A stretch of DNA of 64,000 nucleotides from the NCBI RefSeq assembly GCF_028368995.1, contig NZ_JAQNDL010000003.1, positions 1,568,001 to 1,632,000 on the forward strand, in the 5' to 3' direction. Positions 31,951-41,440 of the stretch are shown here, in pieces. This DNA comes from Nannocystis bainbridge (GTDB taxonomy: Bacteria > Myxococcota_A > Polyangia > Nannocystales > Nannocystaceae). Both the position numbers and the translations under genes were made by a program. The first letter of the stretch is position 1; every line of letters starts with the position of its first letter. The notes below the pieces were generated by a model, which saw nothing but the letters and a program-made list of their open reading frames with translations, was not told the origin of the DNA and searched no databases.

Positions 31951-32696
31951 GCTCCACCTGCCGCCACGTCGTCGAGGTTGTCGCGCATGACTTCGAGGAA
32001 GAGCTGGACGGCGCGGGGACTATCGGCGCCGACCTCGATCTCGAGCCGCTCCATGTCCGGCGGCACCTCGAGCATCACCGACAGATCCGCGCGCTCCAGC
32101 GTGTGCAGGCCCGGCTGCGACGGCATCACCGGCGTCAGCCCGAGCCGCGCGCAGATCGCCGCGGCCGCGTCGATGCGCCGCGGGTCCACCGGGTCGAACA
32201 CCTCCTCCCGCCGGAACGAGCGCCTGCCCGCCGCGGCGAACAGGAACGCGTGCCGCTGCAGCATGCCCGTCCACGAGCGCGCGACGACGTGGGCGCGGGC
32301 TTCGCGGAAGGCGTCCGGATCACCTTCGTCCTCGAAGCTCACGACGGGCGGGTCGTCCGGATCGCCGCGCTGTAGATCGAGGAACCAGTCCTCGCGGATG
32401 TCGCGGCCGATGCCGAGGTCGATGCCGACCTTGAGAAAGCGGTCTGTCGGGTACGACGGCGGCGTGGAAAGCAGGTGCGGCCACAGCTCGGCGGCGCGGC
32501 AGTCGGCCACCGGCAGCGCCGAGAAGCTGCCGGTCGAGCCGCCCATCGCCCGCAGGAACTCGACGTACGCGCGCGGCAGCGGCCGCGGACTCAGCTCGGC
32601 GAGCCTCTCGATGTCTCCGGACGTGGCGCCGCGGACCTGGGCGCGCAGGTCGGGCACGCGGGCGACGAGGAAGGCGAAGATCGCGGGAAACGACAT
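31947..32696 (-). CDS. SMI1/KNR4 (SUKH)-like immunity protein
   Basis: GATSGDIERLAELSPRPLPRAYVEFLRAMG; lies directly downstream of the toxin gene. Confidence 0.75.
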   Translation of the reverse strand: MSFPAIFAFLVARVPDLRAQVRGATSGDIERLAELSPRPLPRAYVEFLRAMGGSTGSFSALPVADCRAAELWPHLLSTPPSYPTDRFLKVGIDLGIGRDIREDWFLDLQRGDPDDPPVVSFEDEGDPDAFREARAHVVARSWTGMLQRHAFLFAAAGRRSFRREEVFDPVDPRRIDAAAAICARLGLTPVMPSQPGLHTLERADLSVMLEVPPDMERLEIEVGADSPRAVQLFLEVMRDNLDDVAAGGA

Positions 32697-32743
32697 GAGG
32701 GCACCTGTTCAGGGGGCGGCGTCGATCGTGCTCGCCCTCCAGC

Positions 32744-34357
32744 TCATGGAGTCGAGGACGAACCCGCCGTGTTCGCTGCGGTCGCCGGGTCCGGTTGGCT
32801 TTCGGCTTGCGTGTCGGACGTGCTCGCCGGCGGTTGTGTCTGCTTCCCTTTGGGGCACGTGCGCTTTTGATGGAGGCAGAGGGTCATCGGTACCATGGAC
32901 TGGCACGAGAGGCAGGAGGGCACGGTCGTCGCGTCCGTGAAGGCCTGCTCGCGCCCGAGCGGGTCGCTCCGCCCGAACGACAGGTGGAGCTGCGCGACCC
33001 GCCACGGGTCCCAGGCGTCGTCGTTATAGTGACGGTAGCGGAGTCGAAGCTCATGCGGCGGGACCGGCGCGAAGAACATCTCGGTCATGGCCTTGGGGAT
33101 GTGCCCGTCTTTGTGCGTCACCAGCTTCGAGGCGGCGCACTTTCCCGGGGGGTTGTAAAAGGCCTGACGGCGGTCGTTCCGGCGTTGCGCATCGTTCCAG
33201 CGGCGCACGAAGGTCCATCGGTTCAGAGCGCCGATCCGCGGGTTCGCGTCGGCGTAAGTCTTGATTGTCGGTACTTCGACGCACGGCGTCCATCCCTGCT
33301 GCTCGACGACCGCCTTGAAGCCGGGCAGCGTCTCTCCCGACATCGCGGCGAAGATCTGGTTGCACTTGCAGATCATGACCCCGACCATGTACCCGCTGTT
33401 TTCGTTCTTGTGCACGGCCGCCTTGTTGTTCGCCACGCCGATGTTGCGGATCTTTTCGATGGCGGCCTTGTGCTTGGCGTCGAGCTTCTTTCGCTCTTCC
33501 TTCTGCTTCTTCTCCTCCGCCTTCCGCGCCTTCCTTTGCGCCTGTAGCTGCGCTTTCGTGGGCGCCGCCGAACCGTCCGACCGCCCCTCCTGGTTCGCTC
33601 CTGCCGCTGGTGGATCGGCGAACGGGTCGGCCTGCGACGAACTGCTCCCGCCCGGTGCTGCTCCCGGCGGATCGACGAACGGATCGGCCTGCGACGAACC
33701 ACTCGCGGCCTTCTGCCTGGCGTCGAACTCGTCCTTCTCTTTTTTGGCCTGCTCCTCCTCGGCCTTGGCTTGATCGAGCGCCGTCTTCACTCCCGGCTGT
33801 CTCTCCATGTATTCGTCGTAGGCCCGCCGAAGCGCGACGATGAGTTGCTGCACGTATTGCTGGCTGTCCGCGGTCTCGTGGATCCGGTGGCTGGCCGGGC
33901 CGCGGAAGCAGATCGGGCACGGCCAGAAAGAGTCGTCGCCGTAGGCCCAGCCGGTGCCGCCGGCCTGCACGAACGCGGTGTTGAAGGTGTTGCCGTTGTG
34001 GCCGACCGCGTCGCTGAAGCGCGCCACGCCCTTGCCCTCGACGCGCACGTCGAGGCTGGTCGACTGCCAGCGCAGCTTGCCGCGGATCCTGCTCGAGATG
34101 ACGCCACCACCGGCGATGCCGGGCTCGTCGCCAGTGCTGGTGACGATGAAGGACGCGGCGGTGGCGATCGCCCCGCCGCCGATGCGCGTGCGCCGGGCCC
34201 CCTGCGCGAGGTCGGCGGTGCGCGCCGCGTTGACGTAGGGCACCGGCGCCGGCCCGGCCGGCGTCGGCGTCTTGCAAACGTCGGGCGGACCGGCGACGTC
34301 GACGAGGCCGTCGCGCTGATGCACGATCGTGCGACCATTGGCGAAGGTGCGTGTCAT
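32744..34357 (-). CDS. DUF4150 (PAAR-like) polymorphic toxin with a Cys-rich C-terminal domain
   Basis: ATG 34357 (ATGA overlap); PDVCKTP, PVPYVN, STGDEPG, DVRVEGKGVAR; coiled-coil linker; C-terminal GKCAASKL ... PSCLSC. Confidence 0.85.
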   Translation of the reverse strand: MTRTFANGRTIVHQRDGLVDVAGPPDVCKTPTPAGPAPVPYVNAARTADLAQGARRTRIGGGAIATAASFIVTSTGDEPGIAGGGVISSRIRGKLRWQSTSLDVRVEGKGVARFSDAVGHNGNTFNTAFVQAGGTGWAYGDDSFWPCPICFRGPASHRIHETADSQQYVQQLIVALRRAYDEYMERQPGVKTALDQAKAEEEQAKKEKDEFDARQKAASGSSQADPFVDPPGAAPGGSSSSQADPFADPPAAGANQEGRSDGSAAPTKAQLQAQRKARKAEEKKQKEERKKLDAKHKAAIEKIRNIGVANNKAAVHKNENSGYMVGVMICKCNQIFAAMSGETLPGFKAVVEQQGWTPCVEVPTIKTYADANPRIGALNRWTFVRRWNDAQRRNDRRQAFYNPPGKCAASKLVTHKDGHIPKAMTEMFFAPVPPHELRLRYRHYNDDAWDPWRVAQLHLSFGRSDPLGREQAFTDATTVPSCLSCQSMVPMTLCLHQKRTCPKGKQTQPPASTSDTQAESQPDPATAANTAGSSSTP

Positions 34358-35379
34358 CGGCTCGCGCCTCCTCGCGCGGGAGTGACTTCGAAGATGCAGG
34401 CGCCGAGCGCCCCGTCGTCGTCGCTGCCGTACAGCAGCGCGCGACCGCGGCCGCTTCGCAGGTGGTGCAGCGCCAGCGCGAGGGCCAGCGCCGGCGCGGC
34501 GGCCCCGGTGTCGCCGAAGCTCTCGCACGCCCGCAGGTGCACCAGCGGCTCGGGCATCAGCGGCGCCTGACGCAGCGCAGCGTAGCTGAAGGCCCGCGCC
34601 TCGGCGACCTCGCCGGTCTGACTGCTGGCGACGCAGCGCGGCCGCTCGTCGCCGACGCCGGGCGCGCGCGCGAGGCGAGTGAACACGTCGGCGAGCCCGT
34701 CGGCCAGCGCCCGCACGCGCCCGCCGTCATCGTTCATATGTCCCAAAGTACATGCGATGATTCGCCCCAGCGGCGCACCCTCGACCTTCGCGCCGCCGGG
34801 ACCCCGCGCGAGCAGCAGCGCCACCGCGGCCTCGCCGGGGACAATGCCGTCGCGATGCGAGGCCAGCACGCGGTCGCGCAGCCCGAGCTGCTCCAGCGTC
34901 GCAGCGTCACACAGGCTGTCGGCCGCGAGCACCAGCGCGAGCGGCTCGGCGTCGGCCGCAGTAAGTCGCTCGAGCAGCTGGAACAGCCCGGCGCGACCGC
35001 CCCGCATCACCTCGCGCAGCTCGAGCGGCGTGGGCACCTCGGCCTGCAGCGCCGCCACGATCTCCGCCTCGTCGACGGGCGCCCCGCTCCGCTGCGGCGC
35101 CGCCAAATACAGCGGCAGCGGCGTCACCGGCAACCCGGCCAGACAGTCGCGCACGGCCCAGCCGGCCAGGGCCGCGATCCGCCCGCTGCGCCCGCATGTT
35201 GCTTCGAGCCGCGACGACCGCGAGGCCCGGATCGGCTCACCGCTGCGATCCTCGAGCTCGGTCTCGGCGAAGCGCACCACGCCCGCGCGCACGGCCGCCA
35301 GGGTCGTCGGCGCCGACAGCCCGAGCGGCGTGCCCATGCCGACGCGCAGGACCGCCAGCCCGCCGTCGCCCGCGTTCAC
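34354..35379 (-). CDS. Beta-ketoacyl synthase-like (thiolase-fold) T6SS accessory protein
   Basis: GTG 35379 overlapping the DUF2169 stop; GMGTPLGL, LAADSL, VPGEAAVALLL, FGDTGAA. Confidence 0.8.
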   Translation of the reverse strand: MNAGDGGLAVLRVGMGTPLGLSAPTTLAAVRAGVVRFAETELEDRSGEPIRASRSSRLEATCGRSGRIAALAGWAVRDCLAGLPVTPLPLYLAAPQRSGAPVDEAEIVAALQAEVPTPLELREVMRGGRAGLFQLLERLTAADAEPLALVLAADSLCDAATLEQLGLRDRVLASHRDGIVPGEAAVALLLARGPGGAKVEGAPLGRIIACTLGHMNDDGGRVRALADGLADVFTRLARAPGVGDERPRCVASSQTGEVAEARAFSYAALRQAPLMPEPLVHLRACESFGDTGAAAPALALALALHHLRSGRGRALLYGSDDDGALGACIFEVTPARGGASR

Positions 35380-36359
35380 GTCGCCTCCCACGGCTCGAGC
35401 GCGCGCACCGTCACGCCCTCGAGCTCGAGCCAGTCGTCCTCGACCGCGAACGCGGTCCGCCAGATCATCGTGAAGCGGCGATCCTCGGCTTGCAGCGCCA
35501 GCGCGTCGAGCACCATGGCTTGCCGCCGTCGACCGCGTCGCCGCTGCAGCGTCGCGCGCAGGTGCAGGCGCGGCAGGCGAAACGCCAGCGGTCCGTCCGG
35601 GCTCACGCCCTCGAGCTGCACCACCTCGTCGCCGACGAGCCCCTCGCTCGCCACCAGCGCAGGCGCCGCGGCGTTGAAGAAGCGCGGGTCGAGATCTCCC
35701 GGCCAAAGCGGCGCGCGCGACTCCACCCATTGCGAATCGTAGGTGCCGGCGAAGCCCAATCGGGGCTGCCACGGACGGGCGATCGGCCCGAACCCGACCG
35801 GCGGCGGGCGATCCTCCCAGCGCTCGCACGGCGAATCCACCGCCTCGATCGCCGGCAGCGGCTGGCCCTCGGCCGCCTGCGCCGAACCATAGCCGCGACC
35901 CACCGGGTTGCGCGGATCGTCGGGGCCGCCGGCGCTGAACTCGTAACGCAGCGGCAATTGCGTGAAGGGCCGCGGCGGCGACGGGCGCAGCCCGGCCAGT
36001 CCGCGCGTCCACGTGCGCTCGCCGGTGATCGTCGCGGTGACGCGGCACGGCCCGATCCGAACGTCGACCCGTGAACGCTCGGCAGGTCGCCCACCCGGGG
36101 TCCAGGCGAAACCCTCGAGATAAATATCCGTCCCCGGGCGGTAATACGTGGTCTGCCCGGCGATTCGCAGGCTCGAGGCTCCGGGCTCCCCCCAATAGAC
36201 GTCCTCGAGCGGCGGCGCGACCTGCTCGTGAGCGACACGCGGCGGCTCCTCCATGACGAAGGTCCCCGCGACGCACACGACCAGCACGTCGCGCCCCTCG
36301 CCATTCACCGACGGGCTGGCCTGGGCCGCGAAGGGCGTCCAGTTGTGGACGATCGTCAT
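35376..36359 (-). CDS. DUF2169 family T6SS effector adaptor
   Basis: NWTPFA, DVYWGEPGASSLR, RPGTDI, LPLRYE, NPVGRG, GFGPIARPWQPR, AGTYDSQW, FFNAA. Confidence 0.9.
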   Translation of the reverse strand: MTIVHNWTPFAAQASPSVNGEGRDVLVVCVAGTFVMEEPPRVAHEQVAPPLEDVYWGEPGASSLRIAGQTTYYRPGTDIYLEGFAWTPGGRPAERSRVDVRIGPCRVTATITGERTWTRGLAGLRPSPPRPFTQLPLRYEFSAGGPDDPRNPVGRGYGSAQAAEGQPLPAIEAVDSPCERWEDRPPPVGFGPIARPWQPRLGFAGTYDSQWVESRAPLWPGDLDPRFFNAAAPALVASEGLVGDEVVQLEGVSPDGPLAFRLPRLHLRATLQRRRGRRRQAMVLDALALQAEDRRFTMIWRTAFAVEDDWLELEGVTVRALEPWEAT

Positions 36360-36667
36360 CGTCCTGCCCGTCGTCCCGTCCGCGCTCGAATGTGCACACG
36401 CATGCGGTCACTCGTGGTCTGCCGCGTGTTCCTGGCACATCGAGCGCCGCTCCGCACGGCCCGGCCGCGATGATGCATGCAATTCGCCCTGGAGCGACCG
36501 CGGCGGCTCGCGCTCGCGAGGAGAGCAACCCGCGCAGGCCGCCGTCGTCCGACCTCATTGTGCATTCGCCAGCCCCCACGCGCGACCCTGCCCGCGGGCC
36601 GGCGAACTCGAGCGAGGGTCCGCACGATCGGCTTGCCGCACCAGCGATCCATGTCACGTTGTCGGCC

Positions 36668-38842
36668 GTGTCCTCCGATGGCCTGCCGGCGATCCTCGGC
36701 AACCGTGCGCTCTTCACGTTCGCGGTCGAGGGTTGCGCGGAGGAGCTGCGCGTCGTCCGCTTCACCGGCCGCGAGGCGCTCTCGTCGCTGTTCGAGTTCC
36801 GCATCGAGCTCGCCGCGGCGACGATGCCGCTCGACGAGCTGGTCGGCAAGCCCGCAGTTTTGACGATCGAGGGCCTGCACGCCACGCGCCACGTCCACGG
36901 CCACGTGTGCGAGGCCGGCTACATCGGCGAGAGCTCGAGCTACACGCTCTACGAGCTGACGCTGGTGCCGGCGATCTGGCGCCTGCAGCAGCGCAGCGAC
37001 TGCCGGATCTTCCAGAAGCAGACCACCCCGCAGATCTTGACCCGCGTGCTCGAGGCCGCGGGCCTGCCCCGCTCCGAGTTTCGCCTCGACCTGCAGGCCG
37101 CCTACGCGCCGCACGACTACTGCGTGCAATACCGCGAGAGTGACCTCGAGTTCGTCAGCCGACTGATGGAGGACGCGGGCATCTTCTATTATTACGAGCA
37201 CGCCGAGGATCGCCACGTGCTGGTGATGACGGACCGCGCCGGCAGCTGCGACCCGATCGAGGGCGACCCGACGCTGCGCTTCAACTTCGAGCACGACCGC
37301 GAGCACATCGACACGTTCCGCCTGAGCGAGGGCCTGCGGCCGCAGCGGGTCTCGCTGCGCGACCGCAACCTCCACCAGCCCGATCGATCGATGGAGGCGA
37401 GCGAGGGCGACGGCCGCGAGCGCGAGGTCTTCGACTACCCCGGCGGCTTTCAAGAGCCGGGCGCCGGCGCGCCGCACCACGGTGGGCTCAAGGCGCGCGT
37501 GCGGCTCGAGGCGCTGCAGGCCGACCGCCGGCGCGGCCTCGGCACCAGCGACAGCCCGCGCCTCGTGCCCGGCTTCTCGTTCACCTTCTCGGCCCCGGCG
37601 CGCGGCCACCTCGAGGGCGACTATCGCCTCGTCCGCGTGCGCCACCGCGGCGAGCAGCCGCAGGCGCTCGACGAGGGCGCCGCGGGCGAGTTCAGCTACT
37701 CGAACGAGTTCGAGTGCACCGACAAGCGGCTGCCGTACCGCCCCCCGCGGCAGACCGCGCGCCCGCAGATCCGCGGGGCCCAGACGGCGACGGTGGTCGG
37801 ACCGCCCGGCGAAGAGGTGCACGTCGACGAGCACGGCCGCGTGAAGGTCCAGTTCCACTGGGACCGCAAGGGCCAGCGCGACGACGACAGCTCGTGCTGG
37901 GTCCGCGTCGGCCAGGCGTGGGCCGGCAACGGCTTCGGCGCGCTGTTCATCCCGCGGGTCGGCCACGAGGTGCTCGTCGAATTCCTCGAGGGCGACCCCG
38001 ACCGCCCGATCGTCACCGGCAGCGTGTACACCGGCCTCAACACCCCGCCGTACCCGCTGCCGGCCGACAAGACGCGCAGCACGCTCAAGTCCGAGTCGAC
38101 GCCAGGCGGCGGCGGTTACAACGAGCTGCGCTTCGAGGACGCGAAGGGCCGCGAGGAGATCTTCCTCCACGGGCAGCGCGACTGGAGCGTGATCATCGAG
38201 CACGACGCGTCGCACCAGATCGGCCACGACGAGGCGCGCACGATCGCCAACGATCGCAGCAAATCGGTGGGCCACGATCAGAGCGAGTCGATCGGCCACG
38301 ACAAGACGATCGCGGTCGGCAACGACCACGCCGAGACGATCGCCCGCGACATGACGCTCGCGGTCGGCAGCAACCTGACCGCGGCCGTCGGCGCCAACAA
38401 GGCCGAGTCGGTCGCCCTGGCCAGCGCGCTGACGATCGGCGCCGTGTATCAGGTCAGCGTCGGCGGGGCGATGAACGAGACCGTCGGCCTCGGCAAGGCG
38501 GAGCAGGTCGGCCTGGCCCGGAGCGTGACTGTCGGCGCCGACAGCTCGGAGACCATCGGCGGCGGCAAGTCGGTGACCGCGGCCGACAACATCACCGCGA
38601 CCGCCGGCAACAACCTCGTGTTCGCCGGCGGCCGGCACGTCAACGTCACCGCCGGGAACAACCTCAACGTCGCCGTCGGCAAGCAGGCCAGCGTGATCGT
38701 CGCCGACAAGCTGACGTTCCAGTGCGGCGGCGCGACGATCGTCGTCAAGAAGAACGGCGAGCTCTCGATCCAGGCCGACAACCTCGACGTTCAGGCGCGC
38801 GGGCGGATCACCGTGCGCGGCGCCATGATCAAGCTCAACTGA
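36668..38842 (+). CDS. vgrG: Type VI secretion tip protein VgrG (start uncertain)
   Basis: FTGREALSSLFEF, RIFQ, YCVQYRESDLEFVSRLMEDAGI, DEHGRVKVQFHWDR, PRVGHEVLVEFLEGDPDRP, gp5-like repeats, ends MIKLN. Confidence 0.93.
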   Translation: MSSDGLPAILGNRALFTFAVEGCAEELRVVRFTGREALSSLFEFRIELAAATMPLDELVGKPAVLTIEGLHATRHVHGHVCEAGYIGESSSYTLYELTLVPAIWRLQQRSDCRIFQKQTTPQILTRVLEAAGLPRSEFRLDLQAAYAPHDYCVQYRESDLEFVSRLMEDAGIFYYYEHAEDRHVLVMTDRAGSCDPIEGDPTLRFNFEHDREHIDTFRLSEGLRPQRVSLRDRNLHQPDRSMEASEGDGREREVFDYPGGFQEPGAGAPHHGGLKARVRLEALQADRRRGLGTSDSPRLVPGFSFTFSAPARGHLEGDYRLVRVRHRGEQPQALDEGAAGEFSYSNEFECTDKRLPYRPPRQTARPQIRGAQTATVVGPPGEEVHVDEHGRVKVQFHWDRKGQRDDDSSCWVRVGQAWAGNGFGALFIPRVGHEVLVEFLEGDPDRPIVTGSVYTGLNTPPYPLPADKTRSTLKSESTPGGGGYNELRFEDAKGREEIFLHGQRDWSVIIEHDASHQIGHDEARTIANDRSKSVGHDQSESIGHDKTIAVGNDHAETIARDMTLAVGSNLTAAVGANKAESVALASALTIGAVYQVSVGGAMNETVGLGKAEQVGLARSVTVGADSSETIGGGKSVTAADNITATAGNNLVFAGGRHVNVTAGNNLNVAVGKQASVIVADKLTFQCGGATIVVKKNGELSIQADNLDVQARGRITVRGAMIKLN

Positions 38843-38859
38843 GCAGCGCAGGAGATTCG

Positions 38860-40101
38860 ATGGCCGCGCGCGAGGTCGATCCGCTGTGGGACATCGTCGA
38901 GGAGCACTTCGACGAGGGCGAATTCCTGTGGCACGTCTGGCAGCAGAGCCTGATCGCCCCCGACTACAATCTCGACGAGGTCGCCGAGGGCCCCGAGGAG
39001 CGGTTGCTCGCGCACGTCGAGGGCCTGATCGTCAACGGGCCCCTGGTCGCCAGCCGACTGCTGCTGCCTGCGCTCGTCAGCGCCGCTCCGGCCCGCGTCA
39101 GCGTCGCCGCGCTGGCGCTGCTGCACGGTCCGCGCGGCGAGGCGGCGCTCGCCAACATCGTCGACGTCGTGCGCCGAAGGCCGCAGCAGCGCGGGCCTCT
39201 GGTGCGCGCCATGGCCTGCGTCGATGCGCCGTGGCTGCGGGCGCGCCTCCGCGAATTGCTGGCCGACGACGACCTCGGCGTTGTCGCCACCGCGGCTGCG
39301 GTGTTGACATTGCATCACGAGCCGCTCGGCGACGCCCTGGGGCTGCTGCTCGCCGACGACCAGAGCGCGACGCGAGCGCTGGCGCTGCGGGCCCTCGCCG
39401 ACGAGCCCGATCCGGGGAGATACGCGCGCGCCGTGCAGGCTGGCTTGCAGGAGCTCGACCCGATCGTGCTCGACGCGGCGATCGACGCCGGCGTGCGCCT
39501 CGGCCTCGCCCCCGCGTGGGCCCGCGCGCGCGAGCGCATGGCCGAGCCCGACGGCGGCGCCTCGATGTTGCTGTTGGCCTTGCGCGGCGAAGCGAGCGAC
39601 CTCGACGCGCTCGTCGCAGCCCTGCGCGACCGCAAGCGACGGCTGCCCGCCTTGTGGGCGCTCGGTTTTCGCGGCACGCCCGAGGTCGTCGACGCCGCGC
39701 TCGCATGGCTCGACGATCTCTCCGCGGGTCCGCTGGCCGGCGAGGTCTTCACCGCCGCGACCGGCATCGACCTCGCCGCCGCCGGCATGTCGCTGCCGCG
39801 CGACGACGATCACGAATCCTTCGACCATCGCCCCGAGGACGACCTGCCGCGGCCGGACCCGATGCTCGTCCTGCAGTGGTGGGCCCGGCACCGCCCGCAA
39901 TTCATCGACGGCCAGCGCTACCTCGCCGGTGCCCCGCGCTCGCACGCATCGCTGCTCCGCGAGCTGCGGTTCGGCGCCATGCGCCGGCGCCCCGGGCACC
40001 TCCTCGACCTCGCGCTCGACCTGCCGCCGCAGCGCCGCCCGCGGCTACCGCTCGGCGCGCCCACGGCCCAGCAGCTGCGCGCGCTTGCCTCGCTGAAGTG
40101 A
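38860..40101 (+). CDS. TIGR02270-family HEAT-repeat T6SS-associated protein
   Basis: ATG 38860 with GGAG RBS; WDIVEEHFDEGEFLW, EERLLAHVEGL, LWALGF, LPRPDP, RYLAG, MRRR. Confidence 0.85.
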   Translation: MAAREVDPLWDIVEEHFDEGEFLWHVWQQSLIAPDYNLDEVAEGPEERLLAHVEGLIVNGPLVASRLLLPALVSAAPARVSVAALALLHGPRGEAALANIVDVVRRRPQQRGPLVRAMACVDAPWLRARLRELLADDDLGVVATAAAVLTLHHEPLGDALGLLLADDQSATRALALRALADEPDPGRYARAVQAGLQELDPIVLDAAIDAGVRLGLAPAWARARERMAEPDGGASMLLLALRGEASDLDALVAALRDRKRRLPALWALGFRGTPEVVDAALAWLDDLSAGPLAGEVFTAATGIDLAAAGMSLPRDDDHESFDHRPEDDLPRPDPMLVLQWWARHRPQFIDGQRYLAGAPRSHASLLRELRFGAMRRRPGHLLDLALDLPPQRRPRLPLGAPTAQQLRALASLK

Positions 40102-40110
40102 CGCGCGGGG

Positions 40111-41229
40111 CTACGACCCCGGCGTCGCCTGCTTGCGCGCCGCGCCGCTGCGAATGCAGTGCTTGAGGGCGTCGCGCAGCCTGGCGTGCACCGAGACGTG
40201 CGAAAGATCGATCCCCAGCGCCACGATCGTCTGCGCGATCGTCGGGTGGATACCGGTGAGGATCCCTTCCGCGCCCAGCAGCCGGATCGCCTGGATCATC
40301 CGGATCAGGTGGCTCGCCGTCCCCGTGTCGACCACCTCGACCCCGGTCAGATCGAGGATGGCGAATCGGGCCCGCGTCTGCGTCACCGCCTGCAGCAGGC
40401 TGTCCATGATCTCGGCGGTGCGCGCGGTGTCGATGAGGCCGACGATCGGCATCGTCAGCACCCCGTCCCACACCTCGATGATCGGCGTCGCTAGCACGCG
40501 GATCACCTCCTGCTGGCGCTCGACCAGCTCGAGCTTGCTGCGCAGCTCGAGCTCGGCGCGCTTGGCCTCCGACACGTTGACCGTCACGCCCACCACGCGC
40601 ACTTCGCCCGGAGCGCCGTTCACCGGGATGTACCAGGTGTCGAAGAACTCGCCGTACAGCTCGACGCCGCCGGTGAACTCCGGCCGCCCACCGATCGCCG
40701 AGGCCACGACGTCGTTGTTGCCGGCCGAGCCGTACATCTCGAAGATATTCTTGCCGACGAACTGGTCCATCGACATCCCGAGCGCCCGCATCGACTTGCC
40801 GTCCATGTAGAGGAACGTGCCCCGCTCGTCGGTCGCCCACAGCGAAATCTCGAGGTTGTCCTTGATCGCCGTCAGCATCGTCGCCTCGAGCGCCGCCGCG
40901 GCCTCCGCCTCCACGCGGGCCGTGACGTCGTGGCCGTAAACGACCGTGCCGGACCTGTCCGCGAGGCTCTGCGTCCACACCTCGATCGAAAGCGTCGCCT
41001 CGCCCTGGCGGATCTGCATCACCCTCGACGCGGGCCCGGGCTCGTCGGCCAGCGCGCGCCACGAGCCGCCCACGAGCGGCAGTACCTCGGCGACGTCGCG
41101 GCCGATCGCCGCCGCAGCACCTGTCCCGAAGACCAGCTCTGCTCGCCGGTTCCAGCCGACCACCCCGAGCGCGGCGTCGACCTCGATCACGATCAACGGG
41201 GCGTCCTGCAAGATACTCGCGTCGCTCAC
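40111..41229 (-). CDS. PAS-domain + STAS (RsbR-like) sensory protein (start uncertain)
   Basis: WNRRAELVFG PAS, second PAS-like segment, LATPIIEVWDGVLTMPIVGLIDTAR, ILDLTGV, ILTGIHPTIAQT. Confidence 0.88.
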   Translation of the reverse strand: MSDASILQDAPLIVIEVDAALGVVGWNRRAELVFGTGAAAAIGRDVAEVLPLVGGSWRALADEPGPASRVMQIRQGEATLSIEVWTQSLADRSGTVVYGHDVTARVEAEAAAALEATMLTAIKDNLEISLWATDERGTFLYMDGKSMRALGMSMDQFVGKNIFEMYGSAGNNDVVASAIGGRPEFTGGVELYGEFFDTWYIPVNGAPGEVRVVGVTVNVSEAKRAELELRSKLELVERQQEVIRVLATPIIEVWDGVLTMPIVGLIDTARTAEIMDSLLQAVTQTRARFAILDLTGVEVVDTGTASHLIRMIQAIRLLGAEGILTGIHPTIAQTIVALGIDLSHVSVHARLRDALKHCIRSGAARKQATPGS

Positions 41230-41440
41230 GGAACCCTGTGTATCCGAGGTTCCGCCGCCTGTCCTGCCCCTCGTCCGCGCACTGCCGCGCGCCCTGTGCA
41301 TCGGTCTCGTCGCTCGCGCCGGGTGTCCGTGTGATGCATCCCTCGGCCACTCTCCCGCGGCGCGAAGTCGCGTCGGCGCTCCGCGCTTCGTGAGAGATCG
41401 GGCACACCGGCGGCCCCTGCGAACGAGCATGCCGTCCGCG

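Noticed and set aside
34354-35379. Polyketide or fatty-acid biosynthesis gene
   Set aside because: No ACP or AT neighbours; it sits between DUF2169 and DUF4150, the usual T6SS-accessory position
36392-36667. N-terminal extensions given by the ORF track for VgrG (and similarly for 3695, 20469, 41700, 48322, 50497)
   Set aside because: Low-complexity upstream read-through; starts were reassigned using RBS, gene overlaps and domain boundaries
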